DNA of 32,000 bases, taken from Sphingobacteriales bacterium 44-61 (GTDB lineage Bacteria > Bacteroidota > Bacteroidia > Chitinophagales > Chitinophagaceae). The notes beneath the pieces were generated by a model. The model was not told the origin of the DNA and searched no databases. It saw only the letters and a program-made list of their open reading frames with translations. Shown piece after piece: positions 17,267-31,800 of this stretch (the stretch's first letter is position 1; every line of letters begins with the position of its first letter). The stretch is taken from contig MKTW01000018.1 of the NCBI GenBank assembly GCA_001898405.1, forward strand, positions 182,432 to 214,431, given 5' to 3'. The position numbers and the translations under genes are program-made.

Positions 17267-18796
17267 TTAAATATTAAACTCGATCCCCTGCGCCAATGGC
17301 AAATCCTTCCCGTAGTTTATCGTATTCGTTTGCCTGCGCATATACACTTTCCATGCATCTGAACCACTTTCCCTGCCGCCGCCTGTTTCTTTTTCCCCAC
17401 CAAAAGCACCGCCGATCTCTGCTCCGGAAGTGCCGATATTGACATTCGCTATGCCACAGTCTGAGCCTGCCGCGGACAGGAATAGTTCTGCTTCACGGAG
17501 GTTTAAGGTCATGATAGCCGAGGACAAGCCTTGCGGCACATCATTCTGCATAGCAATGGCTTCCTCTATATTCCTGTATTTCATCACATATAAAATGGGA
17601 GCAAAAGTTTCTGCCTGCACAATAGCAAAATGATTTTCTACTGCGGCGATACAGGGTTTTACATAACAACCCGAAGCGTATTCTTTTCCTTCTACTATAC
17701 CACCCTCCACTATAAATTCACCGCCTTCCTTTTTTATTGCATCCAGGGCTTTCATATAGCTGGCAACTGCATCTTTATCAATCAAAGGACCAACATGATT
17801 TTTCGCTTCTAATGGATTCCCGATCTTCAATTGCGCATACGCCCCTTTCAACTTTTCGGTGAAACTGTCAAAAACGCTTTCATGAATGATCAGCCTCCTG
17901 GTTGAAGTACACCGCTGACCGGCCGTGCCAACTGCGCCAAATACAGCACCGACAAGTGTCATATCCAGGTCTGCATCTTTGGAAACGATGATGGCATTGT
18001 TTCCACCTAATTCCAACAGGCATTTGCCCAGTCTTGCTGCAACAGTTATGTTAACAGCTTTCCCCATTCTTGTTGAGCCCGTTGCTGAAACCAACGCTAC
18101 GCGTGTATCCTGCGCAATCCATTCTCCTAAATTCCTGTCGCCCTGTACGAGGTTGCAGAGCCCTTCCGGCAAATTATTCTTTTTAAAAACTTCAGCAATG
18201 ATCTGAAAACAAGCTTGTGCAGATAATGGTGTTTTTTCAGATGGCTTCCATACACAAACATCGCCGCAAACCAATGCCAGCATGGCGTTCCAGCTCCATA
18301 CCGCTACAGGAAAATTGAACGCTGAAATAATCCCTACAATTCCTAAAGGGTGCCACTGTTCGTACATTCTGTGATTGGACCTTTCTGAATGCATGGTTAG
18401 TCCATGCAGTTGTCGTGACAAGCCTACCGCGAAATCACAGATATCAATCATTTCCTGTACTTCTCCCCTGCCTTCCTGCAGGCTTTTTCCCATTTCGTAA
18501 GAAACGAGTTTCCCCAGGTCATCTTTATATACCCGCAAGGCTTCGCCTATCTGACGAACGATCTCACCACGCTTGGGTGCCGGAACAGTTCGCCAATACA
18601 GGAAGGCTGTTTGTGCCTTGGAAATGATTTTATCGTATTCTTCTTTTGTAACGGTTTGCGTGTCCGCTATTCTATTACCATCAACAGGCGACCAGGAAGT
18701 AATGGTTTTTCCCGAGGAAGGAATAAAGTTTATGCCATCAGAGGCGCCGGTATTTTGTTCATTAATGGAAAATGTTCTTAAAATAGCTGCTATCAT
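17267..18796 (-). CDS. ALDH7-type aldehyde dehydrogenase (alpha-aminoadipic semialdehyde / piperideine-6-carboxylate dehydrogenase-like)
   Basis: The ORF-track start (18955) overlaps the upstream gene. ATG at 18794-18796 (MIAAILRTFSINEQNTGA...) gives 509 aa. Diagnostic ALDH7-like block EGRGEVQEMIDICDFAVGLSRQLHG. Catalytic regions LELGGNNAIIV and GTAGQRCTSTRRL. Confidence 0.9.
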   Translation of the reverse strand: MIAAILRTFSINEQNTGASDGINFIPSSGKTITSWSPVDGNRIADTQTVTKEEYDKIISKAQTAFLYWRTVPAPKRGEIVRQIGEALRVYKDDLGKLVSYEMGKSLQEGRGEVQEMIDICDFAVGLSRQLHGLTMHSERSNHRMYEQWHPLGIVGIISAFNFPVAVWSWNAMLALVCGDVCVWKPSEKTPLSAQACFQIIAEVFKKNNLPEGLCNLVQGDRNLGEWIAQDTRVALVSATGSTRMGKAVNITVAARLGKCLLELGGNNAIIVSKDADLDMTLVGAVFGAVGTAGQRCTSTRRLIIHESVFDSFTEKLKGAYAQLKIGNPLEAKNHVGPLIDKDAVASYMKALDAIKKEGGEFIVEGGIVEGKEYASGCYVKPCIAAVENHFAIVQAETFAPILYVMKYRNIEEAIAMQNDVPQGLSSAIMTLNLREAELFLSAAGSDCGIANVNIGTSGAEIGGAFGGEKETGGGRESGSDAWKVYMRRQTNTINYGKDLPLAQGIEFNI

Positions 18797-18812
18797 AATT
18801 GAGAAAATATTG

Positions 18813-19700
18813 CTAGTTGCCTTTTGTTTGCGAGGTATAAGTGCTTTCAAAAATCTTGTCTGCATTGCCTGTTTCAAAACCATCACGGCGATGTTCCCTA
18901 CGTATCTGCTCCTTGGGCAGATGGGCAAACTGGTCCAGTACTTTTCTTTCTGCAAATTCTACATATGAACCTGCAATCATTTTCTTTTTACCATCTGCAA
19001 AAGTGGCTTCGATCATTTCGGCAACAGTAGAACTTTGCAGCAGCTTTCCGTCGGGGCTTTTTTTGATCTCGCTGCCTGCTGTATTTAACTTAAAGCCATT
19101 ACGTTTCAGGAATACATTAAATTCTTCCAGTGTGTTGAAGCCTTCAGGAAGATTATGAACGCTGACAGTAAAATGGTTGAGATAATAATGGTTTAGGATC
19201 ACCCAGGCTGCATATTCAGTTTCTGCAAGCAAGGCATCATAATCTTCCAAAGTAGGGGTACGCCAAAGACCGCTATGCAAATATTTGTCTACGGCAACGG
19301 CATCATCCAGGTTGATCCGGGAAACGGGATCAACTTTCACTTCATCAGTATAGCTGCGGATGATCTTTTGTATGCTTTCGCTCAGATCACCTACCCGTAG
19401 CTCGCTTATAAAGATGCGTGGGTAACGGTTTTCGGGTGGGGCATACCAATAAGCGTCCAGTTTCTTTTCTTTAAAAAAAAGATGGCTCTTCTTCTGATAC
19501 CCGTAATGGAGAAACACTTTTTCCAAAGATTGAATCCCCAGTTTTTCCACACCCATCGTACGGAAGGCGATATGATCATTCTCAATATCACCGGCATTTT
19601 CAATAATGCCTTCTCTTATCATAGCCTCGATGATCGCGCTTACATCCGGCACACGCTCTTTGTAGCGCTGCATCAGCCCATCTAATATATTATCCAACAT
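18813..19700 (-). CDS. DUF1338-family metalloenzyme, putative 2-oxoadipate dioxygenase/decarboxylase (HglS-like)
   Basis: 295 aa. Metal-ligand-type blocks as I recall them for DUF1338: ENDHIAFRT, YYLNHFTVSV, GSYVEFAER. C-terminal RRDGFETGNADKIFEST. Family call from motif memory; function inferred from the characterised HglS. Confidence 0.7.
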   Translation of the reverse strand: MLDNILDGLMQRYKERVPDVSAIIEAMIREGIIENAGDIENDHIAFRTMGVEKLGIQSLEKVFLHYGYQKKSHLFFKEKKLDAYWYAPPENRYPRIFISELRVGDLSESIQKIIRSYTDEVKVDPVSRINLDDAVAVDKYLHSGLWRTPTLEDYDALLAETEYAAWVILNHYYLNHFTVSVHNLPEGFNTLEEFNVFLKRNGFKLNTAGSEIKKSPDGKLLQSSTVAEMIEATFADGKKKMIAGSYVEFAERKVLDQFAHLPKEQIRREHRRDGFETGNADKIFESTYTSQTKGN

Positions 19701-19706
19701 AATTGA

Positions 19707-22016
19707 TCAATTTATATGATTTTGACTCATCACTTCATTCAGGGCCACCACCATGTCCTTTGCATTCTGTTCATTAAAAACCAATGGTGGTTTTATTTTC
19801 AAAACATTGTACAAAGGCCCGTCTGTACTGAGCAGAAAACCCCGTTCTTTCATTTTTTCCACCACAAGATTAATTTCCGCCACAGCAGGTTCCTTTGTAA
19901 CCCGGCTTTTTACAAATTCAGCACCCACAAAAAGCCCATGGCCACGTACATCGCCAATAATGCTATACTTATCCATTAGTTTCTTCAGGCCTTCCAGCAA
20001 AACCGTTCCAACCTGCCGGGCATGGCTTTGCATGGCTTCATCTTCTATTACCTGCAACACCGTATTGCCCGTAACCATTGACACCGGGTTCCCTCCATAC
20101 GTATTAAAATACTCCATGCCATTATTGAATGCATTCGCTATCTCATCAGTTACCACTACGGCAGCTAAGGGATGACCGTTGCCAATGGGCTTACCCAATA
20201 CTACAATATCCGGCTCCACACCCTGCAATTCAAAACCCCAGAATGCCTCGCCGACACGTCCAAACCCTACCTGCACTTCATCTGCAATACATAAGCCACC
20301 GAAAGCACGAACATGCTCATACACCTTTTTCAGGTAACCATCCGGTAAAGGGATCTGCCCGCCTACGCCTAATAAAGTTTCGCAGATAAACGCTGCAGCG
20401 CCTTTGTTGTTTTGTTTCAGTCCATTTAAGATATCCAGTACGCTTTCGGCATATTTTTCACCAGCATCTGTATCACCGTACTGATAGCCTCCACGATACA
20501 TATCCGGTGACACGGCCTTATGAATATAAGGCTGCTGCCCTCCGCCACCTTTACCGTCAAACTTGTACGGGCTCATTTCAATAGCTAATGTGGACGTGCC
20601 GTGGTACGCATGGTCCAATACGATCACATCCTTTTTACCAGTAAAATGCCGCGCCATTCTTATTGCCAGATCATTGGCTTCACTTCCTGAATTAGTAAAA
20701 TAACAAACCGAAAGCTTTGCAGGAAGCTTTGCCGTGAGTGCTTTTGCATAATCCATCATTGCATCGTTCAGGTAACGCGTATTTGTATTGAGGGTGGCTA
20801 TCTGCTTTTGCATGGCTTTTACCACTACCGGGTGGCAATGTCCTACATGACTTACGTTGTTGACACAATCAATAAAAGTGTTACCCTTATCGTCGTATAG
20901 GTACTGGAATGCTCCTTTCAGGATTTTCAAGGGCTTTTTATAACTGATGCTGAGATTACGTCCAACATGCTCCTTTCTTTCAGATAATAATGATGCATAA
21001 TCATCTTCCGCCTGGATGAGTGAATGAAAGCCGCAGGCTTTTCTGAAACTGTCGGAAGCTTTCACCGGGTTGGTTTGCAATAACTGAAACAACAGCTTCC
21101 AGGCAGGCTGCTCCGTCAGGAAATGATGCTCATTATCACTGTTATGGGATGCTTTTTCTGCTGATTGTGTTACACTGATGCAAAGTCTTGCAGCAATCAG
21201 GTAATATAAAATATCCGTTTCCTGTACTGTTAAAGGATATTGCTGGTGATAGGATTTGACAATATGCGACGCTACAGAAATGGGATCATCTGTGTGTAGC
21301 ATAGCGTAGGTACAGGCTACAGCCAGGTTATTGATCAATGCAGACCATACCATATCGCCAAAATCGATCAGTCCGCTTACCTTTCCGTTTTGTACTAATA
21401 CATTATAGTCATTCGCATCATTATGAATACAGGCTTTTCGCAATGATGAAAGAAGGGGTACTACTTCTGTCTGGAACTGCAGCAGGAAGTACGCAGCCAC
21501 TCTTCTTTTCTCATGATCATGGATATGATGCAAATCTTTTTCGGCGTCAGGTGCACGGCTGATATCCCATTCATAAGAACGCTCTACAGCTTCATGATAC
21601 AGTCCCTTCAGTGCTTTGTCCATTGAACCCAGGAATGTACCCAGGCTTTCATACAATGCGGCAGTTTTTTCTTTTTCTTCCACCCAAAAATTTCCTTCCA
21701 GGAAACTCAGTATTCTCACATAGTACATTTCGCCTCCCTGGTTACAAAATGAGACGACTGCACCTTCCTTATTAAACACATATTCCTGAAAGAATGGTTT
21801 CACCAGCGTTTTTGCCAGATGCTGTGTTACCGCTATCTGCGCATTAATGAATGCCAGATTGATATTACCGGTCGCTGCCTTAAAAATGTACTTCTTCCCG
21901 TCAGTCGCACGCAATAAAAAATTCTGCTCTTCATAGCCATTCAGCGTGGTGGCTACTGCATCTATGTTATAATACGTTTTGGCAATTTGCTGTACTGATT
22001 CCTGATGAAGCGGCAT
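19707..22016 (-). CDS. Bifunctional fusion: APH-fold kinase (hydroxylysine-kinase-like) plus class-III PLP enzyme of the AGXT2L phospho-lyase type (5-phosphohydroxylysine phospho-lyase-like)
   Basis: 769 aa with no signal peptide. The N-terminal ~330 aa carry kinase motifs CIHNDANDYNVLV (HxDxxxxN) and GLIDFGD. The C-terminal ~430 aa carry HVGHCHPVVVKA, SGSEANDLAIRMAR, IADEVQVGFGRVGEAFWGFE and VLGKPIGNGHPLAAVV (PLP lysine). This closely follows the AGXT2L1/2 pattern. Confidence 0.85.
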   Translation of the reverse strand: MPLHQESVQQIAKTYYNIDAVATTLNGYEEQNFLLRATDGKKYIFKAATGNINLAFINAQIAVTQHLAKTLVKPFFQEYVFNKEGAVVSFCNQGGEMYYVRILSFLEGNFWVEEKEKTAALYESLGTFLGSMDKALKGLYHEAVERSYEWDISRAPDAEKDLHHIHDHEKRRVAAYFLLQFQTEVVPLLSSLRKACIHNDANDYNVLVQNGKVSGLIDFGDMVWSALINNLAVACTYAMLHTDDPISVASHIVKSYHQQYPLTVQETDILYYLIAARLCISVTQSAEKASHNSDNEHHFLTEQPAWKLLFQLLQTNPVKASDSFRKACGFHSLIQAEDDYASLLSERKEHVGRNLSISYKKPLKILKGAFQYLYDDKGNTFIDCVNNVSHVGHCHPVVVKAMQKQIATLNTNTRYLNDAMMDYAKALTAKLPAKLSVCYFTNSGSEANDLAIRMARHFTGKKDVIVLDHAYHGTSTLAIEMSPYKFDGKGGGGQQPYIHKAVSPDMYRGGYQYGDTDAGEKYAESVLDILNGLKQNNKGAAAFICETLLGVGGQIPLPDGYLKKVYEHVRAFGGLCIADEVQVGFGRVGEAFWGFELQGVEPDIVVLGKPIGNGHPLAAVVVTDEIANAFNNGMEYFNTYGGNPVSMVTGNTVLQVIEDEAMQSHARQVGTVLLEGLKKLMDKYSIIGDVRGHGLFVGAEFVKSRVTKEPAVAEINLVVEKMKERGFLLSTDGPLYNVLKIKPPLVFNEQNAKDMVVALNEVMSQNHIN

Positions 22017-22019
22017 AAA

Positions 22020-27136
<5,117 letters not shown>

Positions 27137-27238
27137 AAGAGTATAAGATCCGGTAATGAGTAATGAGCGAGATGCTCAACTCTTAGTCTCGCATCCTCAT
27201 AATATCGCTTTTGACGACACAGATTTATCGTCAAAGAG

Positions 27239-27279
27239 AATAATGTTATCCGGAGCTACGTGTTCCGGATAACATTATT
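27239..27279 (-). terminator. Perfect 16-bp stem / 9-nt loop hairpin immediately downstream of susD (attenuator, partial terminator or processing site)
   Basis: AATAATGTTATCCGGA (27239-27254) and TCCGGATAACATTATT (27264-27279) are exact reverse complements. It begins 10 nt after the susD stop. The trailing sequence on the minus strand (CTCTTTGACG) is only weakly U-rich. Confidence 0.5.
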
Positions 27280-27288
27280 TCAAGCCGT

Positions 27289-28818
27289 TTAATGTACCAA
27301 CGGATTATTAAGTGTTTCCTTCAATGGAAGTGGGTAGTAAACTTTGTCTGCACTGAAACTTCTACCAGCTGCCTGCATGTTTTGTGTTAAGAGCCCCCAT
27401 CTTCTCAAGTCGTAGAAGCGGCTGCTTTCCAGTGTAAATTCCATTACACGTTCGTGCATGATGGCATTAAATACATCCTGCTTGCTGCTGATGTTCAAAG
27501 CAGGCATATTGCCTCTTTTATTCCTCAAATCGTTAATGATAGGCACAGCGTCACCCGATTTACCACTTTCATTCAGGGCTTCAGCATACAGCAACAATAC
27601 ATCGGCATAGCGCATCAATGGCACATTAAGGGCATTGGAGCGGCCTATGCGGTCTGGCGTTGGAGGTATCCATTTCCTGAAGGCGATGGTATTGCTGCCA
27701 TTACCAAACACATCGTCATACGTATCTCCATATACCTGGGGATTGTTGGCATTGTTAAAGTAGCTGTCTTCGAAATAAACTGTACCGTAGATCCTGGGAT
27801 CGTACATTCCGCCGGTAGCGACCTTACCTTCTTTTTTCATTTCAGTAAGCAGGCGCTGCGTACCATAGATCTCTCCATAGCCACCCAGCTCTGCAGCAGC
27901 CACCCAGTCGGCCAGGTAAGACCTGTAGTTAGCCCCGTTAGAAGCATCCGCGGTTTGTTGCAATTCAAATACAGACTCCACACCGTTTTTAGTAGTGCCG
28001 TTGAACATGGCAAGAAAATCAGGGTCTATCTGGTACTGATTTGAATTGATCACATTTTTCAAACTGTTGACTGCATTTGTGTAATAAGCAGCTGCATTTG
28101 TTTGATCTTCTGCTGCACGGTACAAATTCACTTTTCCAATATATGCCTGTGCCGCGCCTTTGGTAATTCTGCCGGCTTCAGCTGCTGGCCGTTCGCTTTT
28201 CAAGGGCAGATCTGTTTCTGCGGCAGCAAGGTCGGCCAGGATCATATCATAAGCATCTTTTCTTTCAGAAAGGCCTTTGGTAAGATCGGCTTCTGATACA
28301 GGCACTTTATCGCGCAGGATTATCTTTTCAAAATTGGTCAACAGTTTGAAATGATAATATGCACGCAGGAATTTTGCTTCAGCAATAATTTGCTTTTTGC
28401 TGGCATCATCAATTCCACCGGCAGGGATTTTTTCGATACCTTCCAGTACCTGGTTGGAAAAGTTTAAGCCTTTGTAATTATCCCTCCATAAAAGATCGAT
28501 GGCATAGTTGCCGGACGTGAAAGCGAAATTATAATGATCAAGCCACCAGGAATAGTTGTACGCATCAGCTCCCGGTACAACATAATCTTCCCTGTAAAAT
28601 TCACGAACCGATCTTGCTTCTACATAGTTGTCCCAGCCTACAAAACTTTCCAGTTGTGAATAGGCAGCGGAAAGGCCGGACAACGCTTTATCTTTTGATG
28701 TCCAGAAATTATCTGTGGTCAATTGGTCCGGCGCCAATTGGTTAAGATTGTCTTTACTGCATGACCACAAAGACGTTGCCACTGCAAAAGCCAACACCGG
28801 AATTATGCTCTTTTTCAT
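27289..28818 (-). CDS. SusD/RagB family nutrient-binding outer membrane lipoprotein
   Basis: 509 aa. Lipoprotein signal (ATSLWSCSKDN). TPR-like helical body. C-terminal SusD hallmark HERVMEFTLESSRFYDLRRWG. Directly downstream of a SusC gene. Confidence 0.92.
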   Translation of the reverse strand: MKKSIIPVLAFAVATSLWSCSKDNLNQLAPDQLTTDNFWTSKDKALSGLSAAYSQLESFVGWDNYVEARSVREFYREDYVVPGADAYNYSWWLDHYNFAFTSGNYAIDLLWRDNYKGLNFSNQVLEGIEKIPAGGIDDASKKQIIAEAKFLRAYYHFKLLTNFEKIILRDKVPVSEADLTKGLSERKDAYDMILADLAAAETDLPLKSERPAAEAGRITKGAAQAYIGKVNLYRAAEDQTNAAAYYTNAVNSLKNVINSNQYQIDPDFLAMFNGTTKNGVESVFELQQTADASNGANYRSYLADWVAAAELGGYGEIYGTQRLLTEMKKEGKVATGGMYDPRIYGTVYFEDSYFNNANNPQVYGDTYDDVFGNGSNTIAFRKWIPPTPDRIGRSNALNVPLMRYADVLLLYAEALNESGKSGDAVPIINDLRNKRGNMPALNISSKQDVFNAIMHERVMEFTLESSRFYDLRRWGLLTQNMQAAGRSFSADKVYYPLPLKETLNNPLVH

Positions 28819-28877
28819 TTGAATATTTTTTGTTTACCCGTTTCGGGATGATTTTTTAATCAATGAATTACCCTGGT

Positions 28878-31800
28878 TTACAAACCGATCTGAAGGCCAA
28901 CCAACCATCTTTTATTTTGCGGATACAGTGCACGGTCCACCCCTGTATTAAGCGGGTTGAACGTACCAACTTCAGGATCCAGTCCGCTGTATTTGGTAAT
29001 AGTGAACAGGTTTTGAGCAGCTACATAAAAGCGCACCCTGTTCAGTTTGGCAAAATTGGTAGCAGAGGCTGGAAGTGTGTAGCCCAGTTGCAGCAACTTC
29101 ATTCTTAAATAACCGCCATTTTCCAGGAAGCGGGTTGATTCGCGGTTGTTACCATTAGGATCAGCCAGTATTGCACGGGGCATATCGGTATTGGTATTTT
29201 GCGGAGTCCAGGCATTTAAAGTGGATGTAAGGAAATTACGTCCGGCATCCATGCCTTCCAGTTCAAAGCGGTAACCGTTGTATATTTTGTTGCCACTTAC
29301 ACCCTGGAAGAATGCAGTGAAATCAAAATTTTTATAATTGATTGACACGTTCAATCCATATTCCAGTTTAGGGAAACCAGAGCCTTTATAGGTTTTATCA
29401 TTCTCATCAATCACACCGTCTCCGTTGGAGTCTACAAACCTGATATCGCCGGCTTTTGCATCAGGCTGCAATGGATCGCCGTCTTTATTTACATAAGCAG
29501 CAGCTTCTGCATCAGATTGGAAAATGCCATCAGCGGTGTACAGGTAAAAAGCACCTATTTCAGTTCCTTCTTTGGTTTGAGTAGGGATATGGTCTGTTCC
29601 GAATTTCAATCCGGTGCCATACAGGGTCTGATCAGGTTGTGCCAGTTTAACTACTTCGTTTTTGATATGAGTAACAGAGCCGGTAATGCCTATATTCCAG
29701 TCATTCCTTGTGTAGTTGTACGTCAGTTCCAGTTCAATACCTTTATTGGAGATAGTGCCCACGTTTAAGATCGGATCATTCACCCCTGCAGATGGAGGGA
29801 CTTCTTTAGTGATCAATAAGCCCTTGGTCTTGTTATTAAAATAGTTCAAAGAACCGGTAAGCTTATTACGGAATAAAGCAAAGTCAGCACCGATATTGGT
29901 TGATTTGTTGGTTTCCCATTTCAGATCACGGTTTTGCAGGTTATAGCTTGCAGAACCGGGCCAGGGTGTAGCTCCGGACCCTTGCACATAACCACCTGAC
30001 CAGGTATTTCTGGTGGTGATCAATGCCTGGTGATCATAATAACCTAAAGCACCTTCATTACCCAACTCCCCATAGCTTGCCCTGAGTTTTAATACATTCA
30101 GCCAGTCGATATTCTCCATGAAAGATTCCCTGTGCATATTCCAGCCAAGAGAAACAGAAGGGAATGTTCCGAACTGATTGTTCTGTCCGAAAATGGAAGA
30201 ACCGTCACGCCTTACACTTACCTGTACCAGGTATTTTCCGGCATAGTCATAGTTAATTCTGCCGAAAGTGGAAAGACGTACATATTTATTATTGGAGCCG
30301 GCTGCACCAAATGTGCCACCCAGGCCTGCATTGATCGTATTAAAATCAGGATTGGAAAAACCGCCTGCCACTTCTTTTTCCACGATAGAACCATTTACCA
30401 CAGATCTTACAACCGTTTTACCATCTGCTGTTACGCTCAGGTATTCGTTTGTTTTTTGCTGTGCAGAATAGCCGGCCAGCACTTTGATGCTGTGATCACC
30501 TTTTTTCCAGTCATAATTGAGCAAATGCTCCATTTGCTGCTCTTTATAATTGGAACGGCTATTATAAACATAAGGATAGGAAACAGCAGGATCATTGGCA
30601 TTGGCCCTGAATGGCGGGTGGTGCGAATAGTCAAAGCTGTTGGCACTGATATAGTTCAACTGGGCTGTGTAGCTAAAACCTTTGAATAATTGCAACCTGA
30701 TCTTCAGGTTATCCGCCAGATATTGCGTTTTGGTATAGCCATCTACATAATGGGCATAACCAACAGGGTTTTGAAACCTGGGTAATCCGTTTGCCGTTAA
30801 AGCATATCCATATTGTTCGTTGGGGTCGAATACTGGCAGCAGCGGAGATTGGAAATACGCATCCCGGAGGTCAAACTTGTATGCTTCGGATTTGGTAGAG
30901 GAGTAAAGGAGGTTGTTTTCTACCGTCAATATGCCTTTTTTGATTTCATTGGTAGCACGGATCGTTTTTTTGTTGAAGTTGGAACCTATCAATGTTCCTT
31001 TTTCATCCGTAAGGTCACCACTGATGCCATATTTCACATTGTCACTGCCGCCCCTGATACCTACATTATAGTTTTGGGCAATACCGGTCTGGTTAACCTG
31101 GTCCTGCCAGTTTGTGTTAACACCTGTATTATTGGTAATGTAAGCAGGAAGCTGTGTACTGCCGGCATTTTCATACATCATACGGTGAACTTTTTTATAG
31201 CCTTCAGCATCCAGCAAATCATATTTGCTGGTCGGCTTTGCCTGGCCATAGTAGCTGCTGAAGTCGATAACAGGTTCGCCTTTTTTACCTTTCCTGGTAG
31301 TGATGATGACCACACCGTTAGCACTATTGGAACCGTAAATAGATGCAGCAGCACCGTCCTTCAACACTTCTATCGATTCTATATCATTGTTACTCAAATA
31401 ATAAGGATCACCAACCACTCCATCAATAATATACAATGGCTGGTGGCCGCCAAACGTACTGATACCCCTCAAACGCACGTCAGACATTTGCCCGGGGTTG
31501 CCGCCAGGACTGGTAATAGACAAACCTGCTACCCTTCCCTGCAAAGCATTAATGGGGTTATTGGTAGCCATTTTGCTAACAACATCCCCTTTCACGGAAG
31601 AAACAGCACTGGTAAGGTTGCCCCGCTTTTGGGTACCGTAACCCACCACCACTACCTCATCCATTTGTTTAGTGGTCGACTCCAGGGTGATCTGCACCTC
31701 CGTTTTTCCTTCGGTTGCCACTTCTTTGGTGGTATATCCCACTGCTGTTACAACCAATACGGGATTGGGAGTGGAGGTATTAATGGTAAAACGTCCTCCA

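Noticed and set aside
18797-18955. N-terminal 53-aa extension of the ALDH ORF (562-aa version in the track)
   Set aside because: The extension overlaps the 3' end of the DUF1338 gene (stop at 18813) and its sequence is unlike any ALDH. The internal ATG at 18796 gives a typical 509-aa ALDH7-type protein with a 16-nt spacer.
27244-27252. 9-nt identity (TGTTATCCG) between the susD-GH2 hairpin arm and the E. coli lacO1 operator, upstream of a LacZ-like gene
   Set aside because: A given 9-mer is expected about 0.2 times by chance in 64 kb of two-strand sequence. The half-site spacing (a 9-nt gap between 16-bp arms) is unlike LacI-family operators, and no LacI-family gene is present. I treat it as coincidence.
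27454-28044. 196-aa plus-strand ORF
   Set aside because: It is antisense to the SusD gene and has no recognisable domain. It is a shadow ORF. The same reasoning applies to 30132-30689, 3502-3939, 1144-1545, 19753-20175, 18573-18968 and the other short ORFs nested in large genes.
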